From Harriotta raleighana (lineage: Eukaryota): a stretch of DNA of 64,000 nucleotides. Below are positions 1 to 12,169 of the stretch, piece by piece; within the stretch, counting starts at the first letter, position 1, and each line of letters begins with the position of its first letter. The position numbers and the translations under genes are program-made. The notes beneath the pieces are model-generated. The model saw only the letters and a program-made list of their open reading frames with translations. It was not told the DNA's origin and ran no database searches. The stretch spans positions 1,524,191 to 1,588,190 of the forward strand of contig JBNZDD010013683.1 in assembly GCA_050575255.1 (NCBI GenBank), given 5' to 3'.

Positions 1-2149
1 AGATCGGGGAAAGAACACAGAGATGGAAGCAGTTTGGGGATATTTTTCCAAAGAGACCAGTGACACTGCCAAGCAAACTTTGGAGGAATAACATATAACT
101 TGTTGGTTTGCATTAATCTTAGTCATCCTAATTCAACAAACTGCTCATAATGAATTGTACTGAAACTCATTTGGAGCACCAAACTTTATTACATCTAGAG
201 AACACTTAAGTGCAGGCAGCTGACTAATAGCATGCAAAATTGAGTACATCTCTATGGAGTTGGTGTGGGTCAGTGAGCTATGGAGAGAGTAATATCCAGT
301 TTTATTGGTGAAGAAATTGCTCCCAGATTAATTGACAGAAATTCAGAGGTTGCAGCTGCATTCATTGAAACCAATTAACCATCAATATGTTAAATACCCA
401 AACACTTTATAGCCAATTATCCTCTTGTCAGCAAATGAAGTATTGTAATAGGTAGTCTGCATCTCCATGAATGTCCCATTGCTACTCTAAAGATACATTG
501 AAAGCCCAAATTGCTTTGGAATGAAGGGAACTTTAACTCATTTGAGCAAGTTCCTCTGCACTTTTCTGAATGTCAGCGAGATGAGCTAAGCGAATGTATT
601 GCCAGGATGCTGAAGGACATTTCTCCATTGAGGAAAGCATTGTTACATGTTAGGTGACATTTATTGTTAGCAGGGGGTAAAAGTCAAGAATGCCCTGTTT
701 AAATGGCAGTCGTAAGCACAACTGCCAGTGGAGCAGAGAATGTGTTTCAATGTATGCAACCAAGGGCAGAAAGAAAATGAGGTCTCTCTGTGTCGACACA
801 GCATCTCAGACGACAGCTGGGAAATGTTTTCACTTGTAACCAGTGACTGGAAACTAGATCGAGACCACCCAAACCTATTTTATCGACGCCTAAGGCAGGC
901 GAATATGCCGAACGATTGCCCTGGATTTGAGCCCAGAACTTAAATCCCAGATCTTAACCCTTTGAGGACGACATTAATGATTCAACTTAGCCAAGCGTAT
1001 ATCCATTTTTCAAGAGGAGGGTTATTCTCACAAGGCTTTGAATTACATTTGTTTCACAGTTTGGGGTAGGTTTGCCTAATTGACTTTATTTTACACATTG
1101 AAAAAAATGTCAGGTCAGATTATGAATGTATAATAGAAAGGATGCGCTGAGATTCATAGCTGAAAATGCCTCAGTATCCAAAAAGAAATGAACTACTTCA
1201 CTTATGTTGAGGACTAAAAGCTAAATTGAGAAAGTGAAGTGTAATTATGAGGAACTGCATAAGACTGCAATGCCGCTGCCAGGTAAAGCACTTGTACTGG
1301 TTTCTATAATTCTATAGTTACCTATGATCCATTTTGGATACAAGCCATTTTAGAATAATTCACATTTGAGAACATTATTGTTCTGCTTTAATCAAAGAAC
1401 CAAATAACTAATGAAAAGCATTAAGACCAAGAATTGTTTAGATATATATTTATGAGGAACTGGACCCCAGTGAATGGAATGAGCACTGAGAGTGACTGGG
1501 AAAATGATCAAAGAGGAATTCTAAGCCTACTTTGTACAGTCTGGTATTCAAACGCATTGCTGGCAAGTACGTCTTACACTATTGGTCACTAATTATGTGT
1601 TACAATAGCTTTTGAACAATGATTTTACAGATCCAGTGACTGGCCTATAATAGGATGTAATGAGGTATAGCAGGGGTCTGATCAAATGTGTTTTAATTCT
1701 GTCTAACAAATCCCTTTCCAAAGTATGGAGTGGCCGCAGATGAAAAAAATAACATGAAGATCATTTGCCTTGAAGTAAGACCCTTTCTGCAATACCTGGT
1801 TGAAGCATGTTTGAGATCATCTGTAAATTGCCTTTAAGCACACTCTCACATGTGATACTGGATTATTGAGGTGGTCTGGAAATGAGAATGGATAGCAGAG
1901 GTGGAACTGAATAGAGCACCTGACTGCAATCCCCCAGATGCCATATCATTTAAGAGTTTTACAATCCACCAGTGCAAAGCAGGCTTTTTTTAAAATAACT
2001 CGATCCCAAAATAAAATCTATTCCTTGTACTGTATTATTATTCATTGCAGTACAAGTATGATTAAAAAATTGCTTTTGAAATTTGCTTTCCTCACTTAAT
2101 ACTGTATCGTAGTTCATGGTTTGTTTATTGATCATTTTCACATATACTT

Positions 2150-2360
2150 TCCTTGACGACCGTCCCAGCTTGATCCTTCATAAGCTCTAGCTCAGCACAA
2201 CTACACAGGCACATCTTTCCCTGATCCTTAGTTCCTGAACCTATGAAACCTATCCTTTACCAAATTCCACGGACTCCCTTTCCCTCAGCAAATCAATTTA
2301 AATTACCTCATTATTGAACCTAACTTTCAAATGTGTCTGTGCCCTAGTCCCCCATCTGCC
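2150..2360 (+). mobile_element. Ancient degenerate L2 LINE ORF2 C-terminal fragment
   Basis: Degenerate translation (..LHKL.L..; PIL.KFHGLPFPQQI..K) parallels the 'PILAKLHWLPITQMIQLK' region of the younger L2 copy at 10322-10603. Confidence 0.5.
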
Positions 2361-2424
2361 TTGAAACAGCAGGTGCCAGTTTCACTCAGTTGGTTCTGCT
2401 GCTGTTTGTAGTTTTGAGCCCACA

Positions 2425-2650
2425 TCAGGAGTTTGAACTTACAGTCCAAACTGACACTCTAATACAATACTGGGAGAGTGCTGAGCTGTTGGAGGTCTTA
2501 TTCCTCGGATAGAATATTAAACCTTGTGGGCTATTGTTGGACTACTTATTTTACGCAAATTGGCGAGCTGCTGCATTCGCCTCCAAAACACACAGTTAAT
2601 ACACTTCCTCACAGTAAATCCTTCAGATGTGAAATGTGAAATGCAATGCT
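2425..2650 (+). mobile_element. Old Deu-domain SINE fragment
   Basis: ctgacactctaatacaatactgggagagtgctgagctgttggaggtc...ggatagaatattaaacc and gcaaattggcgagctgctgcattcgcc resemble the DeuSINE core seen at 30670-30988. Confidence 0.5.
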
Positions 2651-5600
2651 TATTGAGAGTTTACAATTTCATACCTAGAGTAAAATAACAACTTGCATTT
2701 TTATGGCGGCTTCCACGCTGGGTGGCATCCCAGAGCACATAGGAGCAGCTTTTCTAATCTTTAAAGAAAAAAGAGGGTCTCAAAAGGCTCCTGTGTTCTA
2801 AATCTTTAGTTTTTGGGGTCAAATTAACAGATTAAACCTTCAGTTAAGGTTCAAAACGTATGATTGATAGAATGGATAAATTGCATTAAAATGATTGTTT
2901 TTATGATACAGGTTAATTGGTGTGCAATTTTTCATCGTCCCATGCTATCACAGCAGTTCATTGATGAGAGAAAAATGAATGCACTGTTAATTACTTTATT
3001 TCAGTCCTTTCAGTGTACTTAACGTAATCAGTAAAACTTTAACTTATGCAAAGCATGCAACATTCCAGCAACTTGCTTTAATTGCAAGTTTGTCTTCATT
3101 AGGAATCTGGCTGCTTTCATTGCACTATGTTGTTCCACAGACTATTTGGGGGATTTGTTTCCTAATGTCTGTGGTTTTTGCAAACCTTTTGTTTAATGCA
3201 GTGTTGGATTTCATTCGTCTGCCAAGCGTCTCATTGCAATGGGCTTATGGAAACCTTTCCCATCCATCCTTAAAATGTTCATCAAAGATTCAACTATTTC
3301 TTTATATTTTATATTTGTATAATATATAAAATAAATGATTTGCTGATTTTGTTTAATGTGTTGTACTTTCTGGCTAAAGAGGTCAATCAGCATCGGGGGG
3401 GGGGATTCCTTAACACTGTGGGCTAAAGTTAAAAGGTGAACAAGGAATCTCTCTCTTCTCTCCTTGTTTAAAAGAAAACAAACAGCTTATTCACTTCTGT
3501 GATTCCTACCATTCCACATAGCCAACAAAATCCTGTACAGTTTCACATGCCCTGTACAGCTTGACAATATGCCATTGGTGGTAAGGATAGAAAAGGCAAG
3601 ATTTACTTAATTTTCCATGGTCGAACAATATTACAATTATGGCATTTCAAGATCGCCACCAAGGTATTTTCATATGTACAGCAGTTTTTTTTTAAACTAA
3701 GATTGGCAGGGTCTTAGCATTTTAAGAGGCAAATATTCAAATACAGTAGTTTGTTTACAGACTTGTAATGAAGGAGACTTACACGTGAAGATTCACAATG
3801 AAAAGTCAGTGGACCGTTGCATAGATAGAGTCCCACAAATTGTCAGACTGCCCCAGCAGTGAGGTAAGCCACTTGGCATTATTTCTACAGAGAGTACTGG
3901 TGTATTTTCAGAATTAGACATTTTTGAGCCCTATTAACATTCTCTATCGTGTTGTTCTTGTTTTGCTTTTCATTGCATTCCTATTTCATTATAGAACTTG
4001 GCATTCCTGTTAATTTTAAATTTTTCGCTTTCAAATCTAATTCAATGTAGAATGTAACAGGTGACTGCACAGCAACTTCAGGTATCTGAAGTTATTTACT
4101 TTTTAATCCCTTCCCTTTCAGCCCCAATGGACTTGGAATGAAAATACCGCCCTTCAGTATTCTAAGTGACGGCAGAAGGAGGAAGGTAATTGAGAGAGTT
4201 TCACTTGACTAGTTTTCTTCATTTGATTCATATTAGCTCTGATAATGTATCCCTGCCATTAAACCTCTAATAGAAGAAGAGAACGTGTCTCTGACTGTGG
4301 TGCAGAGCATGGGATCAATATCTTTAAATATTGCCTTGTCAAGGGTCTTTCAAAAGAGAAAATGATTGCTCCTCAGATTTGAAGTCCAGTTGAGGAAATA
4401 GCAAATTCAGTCAATTTCAATTGATGGGGATATGGCAACCCACAAGTAGGTTTACAACTTTTAAAAATTCATCTTTATTGCATAAGCAACCACAATGTTG
4501 TTATTTCGTATCTGTGTGAATTTGGATTGCGTCTTGCTTAACAAATTGCCTTCCAGGAGAGCGAGCCGGTGAAATTGGTAGCACAGAATGAATACATTCA
4601 ACAACTGCTTGCTACATTCTCTTATTCATTCATTCATCAAACCTAGTTTTTAATTCATTTTATAAACCTGACCTAAATAATGATGAACTTCATGGTGGTT
4701 TGATTGGGTTTTGTGTGGTGTTACAGTTGTGTAGGGTCCTAGATGCTTCAGAAACCATGACTTAACATTCCCATACTGGAATATAAGTCGTGAATATTGT
4801 ATTCATTATATTATATCTCTCAATCTTGTAGCATTTACCCAAATACAGTACTGTATCTCCTTATTATCAGGGGTGAGCATTCTAATTTTCTCAGGGTTCA
4901 CTTCAGAACCAGCAAATTTGATACTGTACCTGAAAAGCTAATGAGATAAGGAAGACTAGAGTGAAGTTTGATCAAAAATCAAATATAAATAAATTCAAAT
5001 ACCTACCTTTGTGCTAAAAATTCACTGTTCAGTTTAGTTTTCATCCATTAAGATATTCAGGCAAATTTTGACCAGTTTAATTGTACTTGAAACCGAAATT
5101 ACACAGTTGGTGGTTAGCTAATATATTCACAGACGTATTGCTGTATTCACTGCTCAGCTTATTGATTATTTTCCACAAATTATTTGTGATGGGGCACTCT
5201 GTCTTGCTTAGGTTGATAAACAGTGGAAGAGATGTCAATGAATCTGCAGTCAAGCTGAATTGTTGCAGTTTTCTTGGCCTTTACTGCCCCCAGCTGGATA
5301 ACGTCAGTTTGTAGGTTGAGTTACAAAATGAGATGCCTGCAGTCTTCTAAGGTAGGGTTGCGGGTGTGAATACATATTCAAACCCTGCAAGGAAGTAGCG
5401 TGAACCTCACTGAACAAGTACCATTCTGTTTGGTAACCCATAGTGACTCCATCACTCAAGTGGTTGGCAAATTTGTGAATGCGCTAAAGTCCGTTAGACT
5501 CTTTCAACTGGTGTTAAGTGGTGGCATGAAATGTTCATCCTCTTCTATTCAGTATTATTCTTACGAGAGATTATATATTGACATGACTACGCAGGATTCA

Positions 5601-6210
5601 GACAACGCCACCTTTGCAACTTAAAATTTAACAACATTGCAAAGTGAGATTGAGATGCCATACATACTCACGAAAGTAGCCTACAATGGTGGAATCATTA
5701 TTGCAACCAGTAACTCAGCAGTCAGAGAGGTTGAATGGCCATAGAGGTTGACCGTGGAAGTCACACGTAAGTGACTTCCACCAAGTAGCTCTCAAGTTTG
5801 GACACATAATTGAAGCTCTGAGACATCATCCGGCATTAAAGGACACGATATAAATGGAAGTTGTTGTTGTGGTAGGTTTTTCAGAATGTGTAAATTCTGG
5901 AAGAGTATTCCAGAGTACAAGATAGTACATATCACAGCACTGTATAAACTGCAAGAACATAAACCTTAAGTTTCTAACACAAAAAAGGCAAACATTATGA
6001 CTAGACACAACTGTTTCTCCATACTAACTTAACATATTTTAATTTTTATTCAGTGTTGTTAGCTACGCCAGATCATTTCAATATCTTTTGCATCTTTGTA
6101 TTTTCAAACTCCTTTGATGCAAGTAATGGGAGAACAAAATGGATTATCTGAAAATATTTTGAAAAGCAAAGCTAACAGAAGCCCTCAACAATAACTTGCA
6201 CATGCACAGC

Positions 6211-6448
6211 AAGAGTCGTAAAAGCAGTGAGGGAGATTTTTGCATCCAACTACCTGTTAATTCTTCATTCCGTACAAAATGTGCTCTAAGCACATTTGCT
6301 TGGCCAGTGTGTGACCTTAAGGAAGGATGAAGTAGGAGGAGGAAAATGACCAAAGGCAACAGAGGTGTTTTTTTTCCAGAAGAGTCGTAAAAACAGTGAG
6401 GGTGATTTTTGCATCCAACTACCTGTTAATTCATCATTACGTATAAAT
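6211..6448. repeat. ~70-bp imperfect direct repeat, two copies 169 bp apart
   Basis: aagagtcgtaaaa(g/a)cagtgaggg(a/t)gatttttgcatccaactacctgttaattc(t/a)tcatt(c/a)cgta starts at 6211 and 6380. Confidence 0.9.
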
Positions 6449-6791
6449 TTTCTTGACAAAGACTGAGGAAAAATCACAATGGCAAAGAACCCAAACACGT
6501 TCCATGAAGTAAAGAGGATTAATAAAAATTACCGTCGAATTCCATAAGAAGTAATGTTGTAGTATAAAAAATAATGGAGATTCACTGCAGCTCTTTAATA
6601 TTTATGAAATCATGTTCTGACCTAGATATATTTGGAGCAAGACTTATTATTTAAGTACACTCTACCCTCAGCCAAGGATTATACATGTTGTAATGAGGTG
6701 CACACTGCACACCCATAGAGATATCCTTAAATATAACCTGAACTAGTTCAGCGCTAAGATTTAGTCACCCTAAGAGTAGAGAATATCATAA

Positions 6792-7460
6792 CTGAAACAA
6801 AACAGACCTGCTGGGAACACACAGCAGGTCAGGCAGCATCTATGGAGAAACAACAATAACAAAACAACAATAACTTTGATTTATATAGCGCCCTCCACGC
6901 CGGCTTCTCAGAGCACTTCACAATAACGGATACCGGGCCCGAGCCAGGGGCCGGGGGAGAAAGGTGATCAAAGGCGCAATGGAAGAGAAAGGTCTTTTGC
7001 TGAGATCTGAAACTGGGAAGAGAGGGGGAGAGGTGAAGGGAGTGAGGAAAGGAGTTCCTAAGCCTCGGGGCTTAGTGGGTGAAGGCACGGTCACCAATGG
7101 TGGACCGGAGGATTCGGGGGACAAGTAGGAGCCTAAACCCGGTGGAACGAAGTCAACAGGTGCTAGTTTGAGAAGGGAGGAAGTCGGAGAGGTAGGGGGG
7201 TGCAGAGGAGTGGAGGGATTTGAAAACAAGGGTGAGAATCTTGAAATCGATCCTTTCCGGGACAGGGAGCCAGTGAAGTCTGGCATGGACTGGGATAATG
7301 GGGGAGCGAAGTTTGGAAAGTGAGTCAATGTTTCGGGTGCACGATCCTTTGTCAGAACCCTTCATCATGGACCTGAAATGTTCACTCACTTTCCTTTCTC
7401 CGTAGTTGCTGCCTGACCTGCTGAGTGTTCCCAGCGTTTTCAGTTTTTGTTTCAGACTCC
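6792..7460. mobile_element. Palindromic Penelope-type/MITE-like element (arms 6792-6850 and 7315-7460) interrupted by an L2 insertion
   Basis: Left arm tgctgggaacacacagcaggtcaggcagcatctatggagaaa is the near reverse complement of right arm tttctccgtagttgctgcctgacctgctgagtgttcccagcg; same family as the uninterrupted copy at 22044-22258. Confidence 0.75.
6851..7314 (-). mobile_element. 5'-truncated L2 LINE (ORF2 C-terminus, 3'UTR and TTG/TTA tail)
   Basis: Minus-strand translation PIIPVHARLHWLPVPERIDFKILTLVFKSLHSSAPPYLSDFL (L2 'LHWLP' motif); 3' end ggcgctatataaatcaaagttattgttgttt. Confidence 0.9.
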
Positions 7461-7864
7461 AAGCAGTAGTTTGCGATGTGATCATAACTGAAAGTCTTTG
7501 CAATGAGGGTGGAATGCAATTGATATCGAATGGAAAAATTAAGGGAATTACTGAGTCTTAAAACCTGATTTATCTCATTAGTTACTAATAAATTAAATGG
7601 ATTTCTTTTGAACAATTACATGATTTGAGTCTGAATATCCCTGAACACAAGTATTCTTGTGGTATCTATTTTTGTGTTATTGGATTCAGATTGATTCTCT
7701 GAAGTATCCAATTACTGAACAACCATCAGATGTTTGTATGGCTGGACATTCAAAACATAACCAGATGTATTGCAAACATTAGTACAATAAAAGTACTTCA
7801 CTGTCTGCATGTTTGAAATACATAATACCCAAACAAGTCGATTTTCCAATAAATGACTCTAATT

Positions 7865-8155
7865 GAATCCTATAGCTCAGCGGTTAGAGCACTCACCATG
7901 CAAGCGAGAGACCTGGGTTTGATTCCCGGCGAAACCTTGGGCAAGATTCCTCACTCCACACACCTGATAATGTAAAAATAATAATAAATTGGTCATTTCA
8001 ATCCACAGCTGTTTTGTGGGGCACTATTGTGCTCAATTCATTGCCACGTTCTGCTCACAAATATAGTCAATTCACTTTACAGTATATTCTGTGAAGCGCT
8101 TTGAAACATCCAGAACCCGTGAAAAGCACAACATCAAATGCAAGGATTATTGTTA
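7865..8155 (+). mobile_element. Near full-length tRNA-derived SINE (tRNA-Ala-like head, Deu-like body, L2-type tail)
   Basis: A-box tagctcagcggttagagc, TGC anticodon loop (catgcaa), degenerate B-box gggtttgattcc, body tttcaatccac..tgtggggcac, tail gtgaagcgctttga..gtgaaaagc..atcaaatgcaaggattatt. Confidence 0.85.
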
Positions 8156-10297
8156 TAATTAACTTTCAGTTCAAATGATATCTTGTTTTATTGATCTTCC
8201 AAATACTGAAAAATCAGTATTTGGAAGAGCAATAAAACTTAGTCCAAATTTCTTAGTCCAATGTCATCTGATGTGTTCTATACAGATGGATTATTTTTCT
8301 TTCACTGTTGTCAATTTATTGCAGAGGTATCAAACTGTGTTCTCCAAACGACAGCTAAGTGCCCTCCAGAACACACAAATTCAGCTTGAAGTACATTCAA
8401 TAAAACAGTATAAAAATTTCCTCAAATGTCCACCCTCAGAAGTTATTTAGTTTTCAGGCGGAAGTTCTATTCTCCTGCTCCTCAAGCTAATGGAAAATGA
8501 CTTCTTATATAGCTTCACTTATGGATAAGCAAGTTTAACTTTGTGTTAAACTATGTGTATGTTGTTTCAACCAATCCACCCAAATCTTGCATATAATGCG
8601 GTAATGCTAAACAAGCTACCAAATGTTGGGCTGCAGTGCTTACAGTTTTTGTATGGATACCAGATTTTATAGAATAAATAGCAATTTATTGAGTTGTGAA
8701 TCATTACAGTTAAATAACACTTGCAAATACAAACCGTATCTAGAAAATTTCACATATACCCAGTGCAAGTGCCAAACAACCGTTTTGGTGGGGATGGGTG
8801 GGATTTGCTTTCCATTAATATCCTCCTCATATGTAAAGGCTCCAATAGACTTATTATTTTATACAGTGTTGGGTTGAGCCATAAATTGTTCTTTATTTAT
8901 TTCATTGTCTTTTACCCATTTCCATTTTTTGAGGATTTCTTCCCCAGTGTGTTAAGTGAATGGCCTACCTCTGTGTTGTATTCTACGTCTCTGTTCTCCA
9001 AACTGAGTTGGTCTGGAGCTCAACAGTCACAAAAGGAGACACTTCAATGAATGGTTGTAAGAGGGGTATACTTAATCGCATCTAACATCCGTTTGCTTCC
9101 GCATCTCAGAAACCACAAATTTCATACAAATATAATTATACCCAACTGCTTTGTAAATTGGTTTCAGGTATTTAATAGCCAGGACTAGCTTCACCAAAAT
9201 CAAGCAGTGCTTTTCTCCTGATGTCCTTGATCAGTCCAGTTAGTTTACCGTTATGCAAGGACCTAGAGCTTACCGTCTGTAAGCATGGGTACCATTTGGA
9301 GCAGCGTACTTCATGGAACTGGTACAAAACTGTGCTGTCAGATAATATTGCTTTTTCTGTAGAATAAAGAGCAAAGTAAACACACCTTCCAGATACACTA
9401 TCTTCTCTCACTCTCGCCCTGTCCCGTGCAGTGTACGCTGCAAAATAGTTGTATTTACCTTTGCTAAAGATAATAAGTAAACACCATTACCATATGCCAA
9501 GCAATAGAGAGAGAAGCCAAAAATATTAGTAATTTGTATGCAACTCAGATGCATGAAAATCCCTGTTGTATGCAAGTTTGAGGAGGAATTATTCATACAT
9601 AGCTCGGATTAGCATACATCCAAGCTGCATACAAATGGAAACTAACATGGAAGACTATGTAAATGATGGGGATCTGGGAAAAAAGCTTGAAAGCAACCAA
9701 TATTTACAGCTATCTGAGTGGCATACAAATGAGACAAATTTTATTTCTAAAAAGAAGTATGTTATTTTAGACCATGGCTATGAGAGTTTGCCACATTTAT
9801 TAACGTGTAGTCTGTGTATTTCTTTTGCCCTGGAAATCCACTCCATGTGATTTGAAGCCATATAACTGATGGTTGGCCCGCTGAAAATCTTTTCTCAAGT
9901 CTTCAAAGGAGGTGACATGATTCCCACGAACGATTTCTCCGTTTTGTTAATTCTAGGAGATTCTCATTCGTGAAATGTAATTGGTTTCCTTTCTATTCTG
10001 ATCAGGGCGTTCCCCCAGAGAGGTCCAAATAATACGTTTTTTAGGTTCCACTAAAATGCCTTTACTATTAATTGTACTCTTCTCCTTAAGCGAGCAATTC
10101 TGAATTGGCTTTGACCTGTTTGGATTGTTTGAGCTCAGCTCTGCTTATTGAAACAGACTAATAAACCTCTCTTCCATTTAAACTCACTAGACATTGTTCC
10201 CTCTCCCTCCATTAACTAACTCCATTAACAGCAACAAAAGCCAAAGCATAAACGCACGCTTTTCAAAAGATCAAATGACTTTTGTTTAAAAATCACA

Positions 10298-10931
10298 TCC
10301 CAGCCCAACTACGCAAATGCCTTGCTCGTCAGCCTTCCCAATTCCTCCCTCGATAGGTTGCAGATAATCCAGAACTCTGTGGCCCATGTCCTCTACCACT
10401 CCAAGATTCATGACCCCATCTCCCCCATCCTTGCCAAACTACATTGGCTCCCCATTACCCAGATGATCCAATTAAAGATCTTGGCCCTCACATTCAAAGC
10501 CCTCCACAGCCTCACCCCACCCTACCTCTGTGACCTCCTAACCCTCTATCAACCTGCCCGCACCCTCCACTCAGCAGGCTCCAGCCTGTTCCACGTCCCC
10601 TGACCCACCCACCCCACTATTGGCAGGCCAACTTTCAGNGGCTCCAGCCTATTCCACGTCCCCTGACCCACCCACCCCACTATTGGCAGGCCAACTTTCA
10701 GCCACTCTGCGCCAACCTCTGGAACTCCATCCCACAGACCCTCCCCCTCGCAAGCCTCCTTCAAGTCCCGCAAGACCCTCCTCTTTGATGGTCCCATTGG
10801 TCACCCAAATCCCCACCTTTCCCTCTACCCTGCCCGTCTCCGACCCCAGCTCGGTTCTGAAACAATAGCTGACCTTGGGACGTCCTCCTGATGTGAAAGG
10901 CGCTATATAAGTCTAATTTTGTTGTTGTTGT
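10298..10931 (+). mobile_element. 5'-truncated L2 LINE
   Basis: ORF 10322-10603 LDRLQIIQNSVAHVL..HDPISPILAKLHWLPITQMIQLKILALTFKALH..PPYL; 3' end ccttgggacgtcctcctgatgtgaaaggcgctatataa followed by (GTT)n. Confidence 0.92.
10577..10701. repeat. 62-bp tandem duplication around N at 10639 (probable assembly artefact)
   Basis: 10577-10638 and 10640-10701 differ at one position (cctgttcc vs cctattcc) and are separated by a single N. Confidence 0.85.
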
Positions 10932-12169
10932 TTTTCTTGTTTTAGGCAATCCAAAACTGCAAGTCTTTTCTTTGAGTCTCGATTCTTATCGACAGCTCTG
11001 TGAGTCTATCATTTCCCAGGCCTTCTGCTGTGCCTTTAGCTTTTCTCTGTTTCATGCAAAACTAAAATCAGTCGTTGATTTCCCTTGTTTTTTCACGCTT
11101 TCCTTTGCAGCTCTCTGCCCTCTCAGTCCAACACTTATGAATCTGCTTCCTCCAATTGACTTTTTTAGGTTCAGGCTGTACCCTCTCTTGTGACTCGGTT
11201 TCTGCTTGCCCTTCTTTCATCTTTTCATTCGATCATCTTTCTGTCCTCATTCCTTGGAGCCAATCCAAACTTGAGCCCCGTGTAAAGTGAGTCAAAAGGT
11301 TCAGTGGTATAAAAGGGCAACCTTGGCTCTGTACGATTTTAGTGGCTGGGTGTTCACAGAGGCATTTGCCCTTAAAATATGCACAGTGATATCATTTTAC
11401 AGTATATCCTGTGCAATGCTTTGAGAGATCTGAGACATGGTAATGCACTGTACCAATTGCAAGGATTATTATAGAGATAGTTGAGGCAGGACCCTGTGTA
11501 GCTTGATGCTTTGATGGGAGGATGGGTATTCTGAAACAATAAGATGAAATAGGTTATGGGGCCTTTTTTATCCATACAACTCTTGTGATCAGCATATTAC
11601 TTCTAAATGTCTACTGCTGAAATGAGGGAATTAAGTCTTATTTTTGAAAAGATGTTACTTTTAATGAGGTCTTTATACAGTCTGCCCAAGTGTTATTGTT
11701 TCAAAATTACTTTCTTACAGTACAACTCTCAAACTTTCCAAATGGCCAGTTTCTTGAAGCTCTTTACGTTTCCTAGGAATTTTATGTGCCATTAAACACA
11801 GGGGAATGACCAGCAACATTACAGAGGATTTTTTGATTCCATTTTTATTGAAGCCTGTGAAACTGAAAAATCAAAATGCTTTCTGCGCAGGTAGAAAGCA
11901 TTTGAACAGCCCACACAGGAGTATATAAAAAAAAAACTTGTTTTAAAATTCCAATGGATGTTTCATTAGCATCTCGAGTGTATTTGAGTTCAGCAGGTGC
12001 TAACGTTATTAGCCAGTAATTGGGGGTGTTCTCCCCAATGATTCAGCCTTTGGACCCATATGCTTAATGGGAATCAATGCTAATTTTTTAAAATTAGGTG
12101 GATGCTATTTTTAGCCCGTTTGCCCGCTATTTTTAGCCCGTTAGTTATGAATGTGCTTTTGGTCCAAGG

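Noticed and set aside
780-960. CpG-richer ORF 728-943 as a coding exon
   Set aside because: It has no convincing splice sites or homology, and the minus strand has a B-box-like gggctcaaatcc, suggesting an old SINE remnant that I cannot assign.
7865-7935. tRNA-Ala gene (also at 13171 and 54132)
   Set aside because: A and B boxes and a TGC-like loop are present, but the acceptor stem is not closed and the sequence runs into a shared SINE body, so these are SINE heads.
10577-10701. Biological tandem duplication inside an L2
   Set aside because: The copies are separated by exactly one N, the same signature as at 29084, so an uncollapsed contig overlap is more likely.
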